Shown here one piece after another: positions 1 to 10,500 of a stretch of DNA of 63,333 nt. The DNA comes from an uncultured Candidatus Saccharibacteria bacterium (lineage in GTDB: Bacteria; Patescibacteriota; Dojkabacteria; GCA-016699595; JBAXKR01). The position numbers and the translations under genes were made by a program. Location of the stretch: the NCBI GenBank assembly GCA_964430225.1, contig CAYSFE010000002.1, forward strand, positions 1-63,333, written 5' to 3'. The first letter of the stretch is position 1. Each line of letters opens with the position of its first letter. The notes beneath the pieces were generated by a model that did not search any database, was not told the origin of the DNA, and worked only from the letters and a program-made list of their open reading frames with translations.

Positions 1-70
1 GGACATTACTTCCAAGGCAAACTACAACTTCTTTAAGTTTCCCAAATTCATTATTGATATTTAGTTTCAT
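1..70 (-). CDS. 5' end of a CDS cut by the window edge (MKLNINNEFGKLKEVVVCLGSNV...). The N-terminus resembles arginine deiminase/amidinotransferase-superfamily starts
   Basis: ATG at 68-70 on the minus strand, with the frame open to position 1. The E-x-GKLK-x-V pattern is recognised from memory only. Confidence 0.3.
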   Translation of the reverse strand, partial: MKLNINNEFGKLKEVVVCLGSNV

Positions 71-88
71 TAATAAAATTATTAATAA

Positions 89-880
89 CTATCTTAACTC
101 ATTTAATAATACCTCATAGAACTTATCTTTTGCATGTTTCTCAAACCAAGGATGATGTCCACATTTTTCTAATAATATAAACTTAAAGTGTTGTATTACT
201 TTAGTTAGAGAATCTTTTACCCCTAAGTATGGATGTGGATCATAATCTCCATTAATTGCTACTACTTCACACTTAATACCATTCCCAATTTCTAATAGTT
301 CTCCACTTTCTCTTAACTTTGCAGCTTCTGGCCATATACTATTAAAAATCTCCATATTAGGAATTATCTTCGCTTCCCTTTCACCGTTATGTTCAAAGGT
401 ATCAGCCTTTGAATATATAACTCCAAATTCTTCAAATAGGCTATTAATATTTGGAACGTCTTTTTGTTTAAAGATTTCTTCTAGTTCTTTAAGTCTTTTA
501 ATATCACTCTCACTTAAATGTGCCATCCTTGATTTATTCATTTCTACAACATACTTTTGTTCAAATGGTCCTGAAGAAATTAATATTAACTTCTTAACAC
601 TCTCGGGATATTTAGAAGCAAATACATATGTTAACCAAGCTCCCCATGACCATCCAATTAATGTTACTGGTTTATTACCATTTCTATCTATTTGTTCTCT
701 TAATTCTTCTACTTGGTCTTTTATTGTGAGTTTTGATTGAAAAGGTTCTAATACTCCAAAGCTTTTTCCTAACTCCGTTGCTACTGGTTTAAGTTCCCCT
801 GCTCCTCCTGGACCTCCGTGAACTAAAACAATACTAAAAGGTTTTTTCCCATAAAGTCGAATGTTATTAGTGTCTAGCAC
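89..880 (-). CDS. alpha/beta-fold hydrolase (proline iminopeptidase-like)
   Basis: 263-aa ORF with an HGGPGG oxyanion-region motif and a GWSWG nucleophile elbow (G-x-S-x-G). Confidence 0.7.
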   Translation of the reverse strand: MLDTNNIRLYGKKPFSIVLVHGGPGGAGELKPVATELGKSFGVLEPFQSKLTIKDQVEELREQIDRNGNKPVTLIGWSWGAWLTYVFASKYPESVKKLILISSGPFEQKYVVEMNKSRMAHLSESDIKRLKELEEIFKQKDVPNINSLFEEFGVIYSKADTFEHNGEREAKIIPNMEIFNSIWPEAAKLRESGELLEIGNGIKCEVVAINGDYDPHPYLGVKDSLTKVIQHFKFILLEKCGHHPWFEKHAKDKFYEVLLNELR

Positions 881-885
881 TTAAA

Positions 886-1644
886 TTATTTGTAATATTT
901 ATTTATCACATCAATTATTCCATCATCAATATATGATGGTGCGATATAGTGAGCAATTGCTTTTAACTCATCTACAGCATTTCCCATGGCTATCTTTAAG
1001 CCACATGCATTTAATAGTGAGACATCGTTATGACCATCTCCAATTCCAATAATTTCATCAGAAGATATACCACATATTTCAGATAGTTTAACTACAGCAT
1101 TTTGTTTAGTAGCTTTTATATTAGAAAAATAGATGTCTATTAAATGATCTCCTTCATATGAGGCTGCTTTAATTCCCACAACATCCTCATACTCAGAAGT
1201 AATTTCTTCAATTAGTCTTTCTGCTTCTGAATGTTTTAAGTTATGTATAGATACTTTCCTTACTTTTGATTCTAGGGGTACTGAATGAGTATTTTCAAAT
1301 ATGCCTATATCACTAGATGCTCGTGTAAGTTTATATGACTTAGCTCTATTTAAAATCTTGTTGGCTACAGAGCTTGGTAATATAGCTTCCCAAAGTATTT
1401 CTTCAGTTCTTGGATCAATAATAACTGCACCGTTATCTACTATACAAGGTCCAACCTTTCCTAAATGATTAGCTATATATTTAACCATAGAAAAAGGTCT
1501 TCCTGATGCTAAAGAAAATATTAGTCCATTATCTATAGCTTCTTTAATATGTTTTGTTGCTTTATCACTAGGATATGAATTAGGTGCAATAGGAGTTAAT
1601 GTTCCGTCAATATCACTTACGATTGCTTTGTATTTTTGTTTCAT
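886..1644 (-). CDS. HAD-superfamily hydrolase, Cof-type (subfamily IIB) phosphatase
   Basis: Contains the DIDGTL motif I and GDGHNDVSLL motif IV. The length and cap region are typical of Cof-like phosphatases. Confidence 0.8.
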   Translation of the reverse strand: MKQKYKAIVSDIDGTLTPIAPNSYPSDKATKHIKEAIDNGLIFSLASGRPFSMVKYIANHLGKVGPCIVDNGAVIIDPRTEEILWEAILPSSVANKILNRAKSYKLTRASSDIGIFENTHSVPLESKVRKVSIHNLKHSEAERLIEEITSEYEDVVGIKAASYEGDHLIDIYFSNIKATKQNAVVKLSEICGISSDEIIGIGDGHNDVSLLNACGLKIAMGNAVDELKAIAHYIAPSYIDDGIIDVINKYYK

Positions 1645-1670
1645 ATATTACTATTAACTACTATTTATTC

Positions 1671-2042
1671 TTAATTATCTTTAACCCAAAGTATACAACT
1701 AGAATTCTTGATCTCTGATAATTCTACCCATTTTAATTCTGAAATTTTATTTGTCTCGACTATTCGTGGTTCACCAGAAATAATTTCACAATCAAATAAA
1801 ATAAATGTCCATATCCCATCGCCATATTTCTCTTCTGTAATTCCCTTTATCTCTTTTACCTCTATATCAATGTTTAATTCTTCTTTTACTTCTCTGATGA
1901 CACATTCTCTAAGTGTTTCATTCTCTTCTAACTTTCCACCAGGTGGAACATAATTATTTCCAACTATTTCTTTCTTCAGTTTAAGTGCTAAATATTTACC
2001 TTCAGTATTTTTGATAAGTGCAGATCCAATTATTTTTATCAT
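1671..2042 (-). CDS. NUDIX hydrolase
   Basis: Nudix box GGKLEENETLRECVIREVKEELNI (GX5EX7REUXEEXGU) in a 123-aa ORF. Confidence 0.85.
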   Translation of the reverse strand: MIKIIGSALIKNTEGKYLALKLKKEIVGNNYVPPGGKLEENETLRECVIREVKEELNIDIEVKEIKGITEEKYGDGIWTFILFDCEIISGEPRIVETNKISELKWVELSEIKNSSCILWVKDN

Positions 2043-2551
2043 TTTGAGTTAAGATATTTTTTAATAAGTTTAACTGCCTTAGTATTCTTTTTAAGATTGA
2101 TTTCAAGTTCACTTTGAAATTTAATCCATAAAGGGTCATTATCTTCTCTATTATGAGGCCAAACAGAAGTGCATACAATAAGAAATAAATCGTTAGATTG
2201 CATTTCTTTTATCACATCTTCATATATTTCTTCACCAAATTCTGCAAACAAGTCTTCAAGATATCCTGCTCCAACATAACTTAACCATTTATACTTATCT
2301 ACGCAATCATTATATCTTTTACATGCCTCAACACATGCTAATACTAAATTCCAACCTTTTTTAAGGTCTTCTCGTACAATCATCATTGCATAATCCATTT
2401 CTGGTGTAAGATCTATATCAAAAGGTCCTCTCCAGTTCTTATGATTTTTTACCCAATCTTTATAGAGCTTCTTTGCAATTACTTTTGGATCGGTAGAAAC
2501 AAGTTTTGGGGGATGTAAAACATCGTAAATGTATTGATCGTATGCATCCAT
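2039..2551 (-). CDS. hypothetical protein (170 aa, probably all-alpha, Trp/Lys-rich)
   Basis: Long ORF in an operon context. Its stop overlaps the NUDIX start (ATGA). No motif recognised. Confidence 0.5.
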   Translation of the reverse strand: MDAYDQYIYDVLHPPKLVSTDPKVIAKKLYKDWVKNHKNWRGPFDIDLTPEMDYAMMIVREDLKKGWNLVLACVEACKRYNDCVDKYKWLSYVGAGYLEDLFAEFGEEIYEDVIKEMQSNDLFLIVCTSVWPHNREDNDPLWIKFQSELEINLKKNTKAVKLIKKYLNSK

Positions 2552-2570
2552 TTCTTTCAGATAAAAAACG

Positions 2571-2644
2571 TGGTTGGGAGACTAGGATTCGAACCTAGAT
2601 GATTAGCTTCAAAGGCTAATGTCCTGCCATTAGACGATCTCCCA
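2571..2644 (-). tRNA. tRNA-Gln (anticodon TTG), CCA encoded
   Basis: The reverse complement folds as a cloverleaf: acceptor TGGGAGA/TCTCCCA, anticodon arm TTAGC-CTTTGAA-GCTAA, T arm CTAGG-TTCGAAT-CCTAG, discriminator A, then CCA. Confidence 0.9.
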
Positions 2645-2649
2645 ATATA

Positions 2650-5589
2650 TTAAAGTATCTTTTTAAGCCACTGACCTGTATAGCTTTCCTTACATTCTAC
2701 TATATCACTAACACTACCTTCAAATATAACTGATCCGCCTTTATCTCCACCTTCAGGTCCAAGGTCAATAATATGATCTGCTGTCTTAATGACATCTAGG
2801 TTATGTTCTATAACTAGTACTGTATTACCTTTCTGTACCAAAGAATGAAGAACATGTAAGAGTTGTTCTACATCGTAGAAATGAAGTCCAGTTGTAGGCT
2901 CATCTAAGATATACATAGTCTTACCAGTTTGTTTCTTAGCTAGTTCAGTAGCTAGTTTTACTCTTTGTGCTTCTCCTCCTGATAAGGTAGTAGCTGCTTG
3001 TCCAAGACGTATATATCCTAGTCCTACTCTATCTAAAGTTTTTAGTTTATTGTTTATGAAAGATATATTCTCAAAGAACTTTAATGCTTCTTCTACTGTC
3101 ATATCTAAAATATCTGATATGTTCTTTCCTTTAAAATCTATTTCAAGTGTGTCTCTGTTGTATCTCTTCCCATCGCATTCTTCACAAGTAACATATACAT
3201 CTGGTAAGAACTGCATTTCTATCTTTATCACTCCATCACCTGAACACTTCTCACATCTACCACCTTTTGTATTGAAACTAAATCTTCCAGGTCCATAACC
3301 TCTCATCTTAGCTTCCTTAGTTTGAGAGAACATATCTCTTATGAAGTTAAATACTCCTGTATATGTAGCTGGATTACTTCTAGGTGTTCTTCCAATTGGA
3401 GATTGATCTATTACAACAACTTTATCAATATTCTCAACTCCATTTATCCCTTTATGTTTCCCTGGGAAATCTTTAGAGTCATATATCTCTTTCATCAAGG
3501 CTTTAGCTAAGATATCATTAACTAACGTAGATTTACCAGAACCAGAGGCACCAGTTACTGTTATGAACTTACCTAGTGGAAACTTAACAGAAATATCTTT
3601 TAAGTTATTCTCACTTGCTCCTAAAACTTCAATGTATTTACCTGAAGTCTTTTTTATTCTTTCTACTTCTAAGTCATTTACATCTTTTTCAATATTTCGT
3701 ATATCTTTTAATATCTGCTCTTTTGTTATTACTCTTCTCTTTGATATGTAGTCAGCTGTTAAAGTCTTAGACTTTTTAAGTTGTTCTAGGTTTCCTTCAA
3801 AGATTATCTCTCCACCGTGTTCTCCAGCTCTTGGCCCTATATCTACAATATGATCAGCGTTATGAATGGTATCTTCGTCATGTTCTACTACTATGACAGT
3901 ATTTCCAAGGTCTCTTAAATACTTAAGTGTTTTTATGAGCTTTTCATTATCTTTTTGATGTAGTCCAATACTAGGTTCATCAAGAACGTAAAGGACTCCA
4001 GTCAAACCTGATCCTATTTGAGAGGCTAATCTAATACGTTGACTCTCTCCCCCAGATAAAGACTTTGCTTTTCGTGAGAGGGTTAAATAGTTTAATCCTA
4101 CTGATACAAGAAACCCTAATCTTGCACTAAGCTCCTTTAATATCTGTTTAGCTATTATGTATTCATTCTTAGAAAGAGTTTTTTCATTTAATGATTCTAT
4201 GAAGGACTTAGCTTCAGTTATGGTCATATTATTTACTTCTAGGATATTTCTTTCTTTGATCTTTACAAACAAAGATTCTTTTCTAAGTCTAGCTCCCATA
4301 CAAGTAGGACACATCCTCTCTCTCATATATTCCCCTATTTCTGATCTAATATATTCTGAGTTTGTTTCTTTAAATCTACGAGCAAGGTTAGTAATCACTC
4401 CCTCAAATCTAGCATTATATATATTCCCTTTAGCTGTTTCTATTCTATGTGTTCCTTCTACACCGTAAAAGAGTATCTTTAGATCTTTTTCAGATAGATT
4501 CTTCATTGGAGTCTTAATATCTACACCATATTTCTTACATACTGTTTCCATTACCATTCTATTCCAGCTATTCATGCTATCCCACATCTTTGACCAAGGA
4601 TATATTCCTCCTTCTGCAATAGTAAGGTTCGGGTTATATATTAAATCAGGATCAATTTCAGATATTGTTCCAAGTCCAGCACAAGTAGGACAAGCCCCAG
4701 ATGGAGCATTAAAAGAAAAAAGGTTTGGTTCGAGTTTAGGAAAAGAGGATCCATCTGAAAGAACAAAGCTTTCTGAATACAAAGTGTCTTTTTTACTATC
4801 TACGTCATTTAAAATTATACTTCCCTCACTTAAGCTAAGTGCAAGTTCTACGGAATCAGTAACTCTTTTTCTAAATTCTTTAAAAGTTTTAAGATCCTCA
4901 TTTAGACTAGTATTTTCTTTATTTAGTTCTTTGTTTAATTCCCCATACTCCGGCTTTATTACTAGTCTATCTATGACAATTTCAATATTATGGATCTTGT
5001 ATCTATCTAGTTTAATATCTTCTTCAAGGTTATGTATTTCGTTATCTACTCTAACTCTCACAAATCCTTTATTTAGAAATCTTTGGAATAGCTCTTCATA
5101 TGTTCCTTTTCTGTTCTTGATTATTGGGCTAAGGATCATTACCTTTCTTTCCCCCTTACTTGTCATTATCTTATCTACAATTTCTTGTACACTTTGAGAT
5201 TCAAGTACTTTACCAGTCTTAGGGTCATATGGTTTCCCTATACGAGCATAGAGAAGTCTAAGATAGTCATATATCTCTGTTACTGTACCTACTGTGGATC
5301 TTGGATTATGTCCTGAGCTCTTTTGGTCTATGGATATGGCTGGGCTTAGTCCTTCAATATATTCAATATCAGGTTTTTGCATTAAGCCTAGGAACTGTCT
5401 AGCATATGAGCTTAGACTTTCTACATATCTTCTTTGACCTTCTGCGTATATGGTGTCAAAAGCAAGAGATGATTTACCCGATCCAGAAAGACCTGTAAAG
5501 ACAATAAGCCTGTTCTTAGGTAAAGTTAAGCTTACATTCTTAAGGTTATGTACCTTAGCATTTTTTATGACAATATTTTCAAGGGACAT
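2650..5589 (-). CDS. uvrA: excinuclease ABC subunit A
   Basis: 979 aa with two ABC modules (GLSGSGKSSLAFDT, GASGSGKSTLV; LSGGE signatures) and zinc-finger cysteine pairs (CPTCAG, CEKCSGDG). Confidence 0.97.
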   Translation of the reverse strand: MSLENIVIKNAKVHNLKNVSLTLPKNRLIVFTGLSGSGKSSLAFDTIYAEGQRRYVESLSSYARQFLGLMQKPDIEYIEGLSPAISIDQKSSGHNPRSTVGTVTEIYDYLRLLYARIGKPYDPKTGKVLESQSVQEIVDKIMTSKGERKVMILSPIIKNRKGTYEELFQRFLNKGFVRVRVDNEIHNLEEDIKLDRYKIHNIEIVIDRLVIKPEYGELNKELNKENTSLNEDLKTFKEFRKRVTDSVELALSLSEGSIILNDVDSKKDTLYSESFVLSDGSSFPKLEPNLFSFNAPSGACPTCAGLGTISEIDPDLIYNPNLTIAEGGIYPWSKMWDSMNSWNRMVMETVCKKYGVDIKTPMKNLSEKDLKILFYGVEGTHRIETAKGNIYNARFEGVITNLARRFKETNSEYIRSEIGEYMRERMCPTCMGARLRKESLFVKIKERNILEVNNMTITEAKSFIESLNEKTLSKNEYIIAKQILKELSARLGFLVSVGLNYLTLSRKAKSLSGGESQRIRLASQIGSGLTGVLYVLDEPSIGLHQKDNEKLIKTLKYLRDLGNTVIVVEHDEDTIHNADHIVDIGPRAGEHGGEIIFEGNLEQLKKSKTLTADYISKRRVITKEQILKDIRNIEKDVNDLEVERIKKTSGKYIEVLGASENNLKDISVKFPLGKFITVTGASGSGKSTLVNDILAKALMKEIYDSKDFPGKHKGINGVENIDKVVVIDQSPIGRTPRSNPATYTGVFNFIRDMFSQTKEAKMRGYGPGRFSFNTKGGRCEKCSGDGVIKIEMQFLPDVYVTCEECDGKRYNRDTLEIDFKGKNISDILDMTVEEALKFFENISFINNKLKTLDRVGLGYIRLGQAATTLSGGEAQRVKLATELAKKQTGKTMYILDEPTTGLHFYDVEQLLHVLHSLVQKGNTVLVIEHNLDVIKTADHIIDLGPEGGDKGGSVIFEGSVSDIVECKESYTGQWLKKIL

Positions 5590-5659
5590 CAGAAGATTAT
5601 ATCACAGAAATCTCAGTTCCTTTATATCGAATATATCTCTATTTTTGATGTGCTGTTTA

Positions 5660-6664
5660 TTAAGACTGCTTAATCTTTACTTTTAAACGGTCAAGAAATA
5701 GTCTAGAAAATGATCTTATTGTTGCTTTTGTTTTATTTTCAATTCTTTTTGCAACATTAGGATCAAAAACTAAGGTATTATCTGTAAGGTCTTTTACATA
5801 TGTAACTCCAGGTCTTCCTGTATTAGGTAAAAATGACATTTTTCCTTTAACCATTATAAGAGTTGCGTCTTTATAAACACCTCCAGTCAAAGTATCGACT
5901 ACTGTAACTTGACTTCTATCCTCATAGAAATCTGGGAATATAGCTTTATCTTTATTTCCTTTATAAACATCTGCAAGAAATGCAAGTTCAGCAGAATCTG
6001 TTTGATTTGTTAAGAACTCATCAAGATTTACTTTTAGTGATGTATAAACTGGAGTTGCAGTTTTTTCTTTTGATAATACTGATAAAGCTAACCCAAATAC
6101 TCTCTTAAACATTGATCTTCTTTTCTCTATTGCTATTAGCAGTGAATCATGACTTGCATCAAGAACTTTAAGTTCATGTGCCTTTCTAGATTTCATAAAA
6201 ATTCGGTTTAGACTGTCTAATAAATCACGAGAAATATATTCGTCAGGTATTAATGGAAGGAATGAAGCATTATGTCCATATGATTGTAAACCAGTAACTT
6301 TTCCTTGCTCTGTTTGTCTCGTTTCAACAGTATAAATTGGGGGTTTTTCATTTCTCAAATCAGAAATTCTAACTACCTGAGTTCCAGGTATTGTTTGATC
6401 ATTATTTAACAATGTATAGATTGAATTTATGTCCTTATTTCTCTCCTTGTAGTTATTACAAGACTGGTCTTCTCTAAATCTTCTAAGAGCACCAAACAAA
6501 GATTGTTTATTTTTTAAATTTTTAAAATGTCTTTCCCTAATAGTATCAATAAAATTACTTGCGTCTCTCTTTGCTTTGTTTTTAACAAGTTCAACAAATT
6601 TTTCGACTCTGTTTGCTACAAAGCTAGTGACTGAATCTGTATCAGGAACTGTTACTTGACTCAT
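5660..6664 (-). CDS. hypothetical protein (334 aa, soluble)
   Basis: Long uninterrupted ORF with coding-like composition. No recognisable motif. Confidence 0.5.
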   Translation of the reverse strand: MSQVTVPDTDSVTSFVANRVEKFVELVKNKAKRDASNFIDTIRERHFKNLKNKQSLFGALRRFREDQSCNNYKERNKDINSIYTLLNNDQTIPGTQVVRISDLRNEKPPIYTVETRQTEQGKVTGLQSYGHNASFLPLIPDEYISRDLLDSLNRIFMKSRKAHELKVLDASHDSLLIAIEKRRSMFKRVFGLALSVLSKEKTATPVYTSLKVNLDEFLTNQTDSAELAFLADVYKGNKDKAIFPDFYEDRSQVTVVDTLTGGVYKDATLIMVKGKMSFLPNTGRPGVTYVKDLTDNTLVFDPNVAKRIENKTKATIRSFSRLFLDRLKVKIKQS

Positions 6665-6821
6665 AATATAGAAATTACAATTAATATAATAATATTATAG
6701 GATAAAATGACTGTATTTTCAATGGATATGGCTTAAAAACCATAGAAAAGGTATGCCAAAATACCACAGTAATTTCTTACCTGGGGTGTTAAAATGTATG
6801 AATATTTTATTAGTCTATTAA

Positions 6822-7559
6822 ATGAGTAGCCAATTTGAATCATATATAGCAGTATTAGTAGTATCTCTCATATCTTTACTTGTAATACTTCTGTTTAATA
6901 AACTTAGGGTATTTTCTAAGTATTTATCATATTTAATAGCTTTAGCTTCTGGAACTCTACTAGCTGAAGTATTTATCCATATATTACCTGAACTTAATAT
7001 TTCTCTTCATCCTAGTTTTTCATTAATTATACTTTTAGCTCTAGTCTTTTACTTCTTTCTTGAGTCAATACTACATATTAGACATAGCCATGATGGACAT
7101 GAAGAAGTAAGTACTGAGTCAACAATGAGATTTGGACTAGTAATATCTGATGTTATTCATAACTTCATAGATGGTGTAGCTATTACAGCCTCTTTTAGTG
7201 TTAGTTTCCCTCTTGGTATTGCTACAGTAGTTGCCATAGTGCTTCATGAAATACCTAAAGAAGTAGGTAGTATTGCTGTCCTTATTAAATCAGGACTTAG
7301 TGTTATAAAGTCTATCAAACTTAACCTCCTAACAGCTGTATTTGGAATACTTGGAGTACTCTTTGTAAATGTATTACCACAAGGATTTGAGCCTTATCTA
7401 CTTGCATTTACTGCTGGTAATTTCCTTTACATTTCCCTTACTGATTTATTACCCGAAATTCATGATGAAAATACAAGTAGAAAAGATGCTGCACTTTCTT
7501 TCTTTATGTTTGTTCTTGGAATAGGGATTATGTACCTATTAAAGTTAGTAGAGGTTTAG
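6822..7559 (+). CDS. ZIP-family divalent metal transporter (ZupT/GufA-like)
   Basis: 245-aa polytopic protein with a His-rich loop (HSHDGHEE) and the HEIPKEVG metal-site motif. Confidence 0.75.
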   Translation: MSSQFESYIAVLVVSLISLLVILLFNKLRVFSKYLSYLIALASGTLLAEVFIHILPELNISLHPSFSLIILLALVFYFFLESILHIRHSHDGHEEVSTESTMRFGLVISDVIHNFIDGVAITASFSVSFPLGIATVVAIVLHEIPKEVGSIAVLIKSGLSVIKSIKLNLLTAVFGILGVLFVNVLPQGFEPYLLAFTAGNFLYISLTDLLPEIHDENTSRKDAALSFFMFVLGIGIMYLLKLVEV

Positions 7560-10500
7560 TGTATTAGTTCTCCATACTCTGCAATCATTTCCTTTGTTAG
7601 CTTTATCTTTGTACTTAATGTCTTTTCTACTATTGTTTCATTACTATCTTTGAATCTAAGCACTACTTCTTTATCTCCAGGGTTATTCTTAATACTCTCT
7701 TTAAGTCTCTTAAGAAGGTCTTTATCATCTGTAGAACTCACATCAATAAGGATGGAAACAGGTTTCTTCTTCTTGATAGGTTCATTCTCTAGTTTCATTA
7801 CAGGAGAATTCTCAATCTTTGTTAATACTTCAGTATGATCATTAATAGGTTCTATTGTGTCTATTAAAAGAGACTTCTGGTCATTACGCTCATTAATCTT
7901 TCCACTTATTAGATATATCTCTCCATCTTTTAATTTATCTTTATATTTCTCGTAGCTAGTATTAAAAAGTACTGAGTCCATTACTGTTTCAAGATCTTCT
8001 AGTTTAAGGAAAGCCATTGGTTTACCATTCTTCTTACTTATGATCTTTTTAGTTTCTTTTAAGATTACTAGTAGAAGTACTGGTTTGTTTAGTTCCCCTT
8101 CTAAGGCTTTATTTATACTTAATATCTTTTCATTATCTATGAGGTAGGTATAGTTACGTAGTGGATGGTTACTAAAGAAGGTACCTAGTAACTCTCTTTC
8201 CCATACAAGTTTTTGTTTATCGGTTTCTTTCTCTATATTAGGAAGTAGTGAAGCACTCTCTCCCATCACTTTACTATCACCAAAAAGAGATTCTTGATTT
8301 CTTTCATCTTTAAGCCTTGTGTATTTATTCCATACAGTAGGCATTATTGTTAGTAGTTGAGTTCTTGTTCCAAATGCATCTAGTGCTCCTGATTCAATCA
8401 AAACTTCTAAGGTTTTCTTTGTAAGATCTCCTATCCCTACTCTTCCTACTAAGTCATCAAAATGTTTAAATGGTCCATTATTGTCTCTTTCAGTAATTAT
8501 CTTCTCTACTACTTTTCTATTTATAGTCTTTATTCCTCCCATTCCAAACCTGATACATTTCTTTCCTTCCTTCTCTTCTATCCCAAACATGAGATTAGAT
8601 TTATTTACATCAGGTTGAAGTACTTCAATACCTAAGTTTCTTGCTTCTTCTACATCACGATGAAGTTTATCTGCTGTTTCAAGATCTGATTCAAGTAGAC
8701 CTATTGTAAACTCAATAGGATAGTGAGCTTTAAGATATGCAGTTTGATATGCAATCATGGCATATCCTGCAGCATGTGCTTTATTGAATCCATAGTCTGC
8801 AAAAGGCATTAGGTATTCAAAAAGTTTTTCAGCCACTTCATTACTATGTCCTCTTTTTACACATCCTTCTAAAAATTTAGCTTTTTCAGCAATCATAATC
8901 TCTTTTACTTTCTTACCCATAGCTCTTCTTAAAATATCTGCTTCTCCCATTGTGTATCCTGCAATATCCACAGCAATTCTAATGACTTGCTCTTGATATA
9001 TAGCGAAACCATATGTGTTTTTAACAATAGGTTCAAGTTCAGGTATTAGATAATCAGGCTCCTTTCTGCCATGCTTACAATCAATATATGCAGGGATAAA
9101 CTGCATAGGTCCTGGTCTATATGCAGCACACATAAAACAAATATCTTCTAAACTTTCTGGTTGTAAGTCTCTTAAATACTTTTTCATCCCATCACTTTCT
9201 AGTTGAAATACTGCTGTTGTATCTCCTCTTTTTAGTAAATCAAATGTAGCTTTATCATCTTCCGGAATCTTCCATATATCTATATGTTTCCCTTCATATT
9301 TCTCAATTGCTATAAGGGTATTTTTAATGATAGTAAGGTTTGCAAGTCCTAGGATATCAAACTTCATTAATCCTAGTTCTTCTAGTGGTTTCATTTCAAG
9401 CTGTGATATCACTCTTCCCTCTTTATCATACTGTAATGGAACATATTCATTTACAGGTTTAGGAGTTATTAGGATTCCACAAGCATGAGTAGAAGCATGC
9501 CTGGGCATATTCTCTATCTTACTTACTACTTCTATGAGTTTTTTTAGTTGTGGATCAGAGTTTACAATATCACTAAACTCTTTAACTTTCTCCATCATAT
9601 CTTTTATGGAGTAAGGTTTACCAAACTTTACTATGACAAGTTTAGATAGTTTGTCTGCTATAGCTAGATCTATTCCCATTACTCTTGCAACATCTCGAAT
9701 AGCTGCTCTACTTTTCATTCGACCTAAAGCACATATTGCTGATAAGTGATCAAATCCATATTTGTTACCGATATAGTTGACGACTTCATCTCTTCTATCA
9801 TCTTGTAAATCACAGTCTATATCAGGGGGTGAAGGTCTTTGAGGATTAAGGAATCTTTCAAAATATAGTTCCCACTTTAGTGGATCTATATCAGTAATTG
9901 AAGTAACATATGCTACAAGAGAACCTCCAACTGAACCTCTAACACCAGCAACAATCCCGTTTAATTTAGCCCAGTTAAGAAAATCTGAGACTATTAAGAA
10001 ATAGTCGTTGTAACCTTTTGTGTCTATGATCTCTAGTTCATAGTTTATCTGTTTAAGTATATTTTCTGGAATATCTGCTTCAATATTTGGGTTTTCTTTT
10101 AGGTAATTTAGGGCATCACTTAGTTTAATATGTATAGTTTTAACTTTATCTTCTTCTACAGTTAAGTTTAAAAACTTTAAAAGTTTCTCCCTTGCTTCTC
10201 CTTTTCCAAACTTTAAAAGAGATCCATACAGACAGAGTTTTCTAAGATATGTCTTTGCACTCTCTCCATCTTCTATACCAGGAAATATAGGTTGAACACG
10301 GTCATATTTAATAGAATATGCTTCTACTAAGTTAGCTACCTTTTCAGTGTTAGTAATAGCTTCTGGAATATCTTTAAAAAGTTCAACCATTTCTTCACTA
10401 CTCTTTACATAGAATTCATCTCCCCATTTTTTAGCTCTGTCTGGATCAGATAACAGATTAGCATCTCGAATACACCAGTTTATTTCTTGTAAGTCTGAAT

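Noticed and set aside
3050-5686. Plus-strand ORFs within and over the end of uvrA (for example 4574..5197, 207 aa)
   Set aside because: They are antisense to a highly conserved gene. Their Ser/Leu/Phe-rich composition is typical of AT-rich shadow frames.
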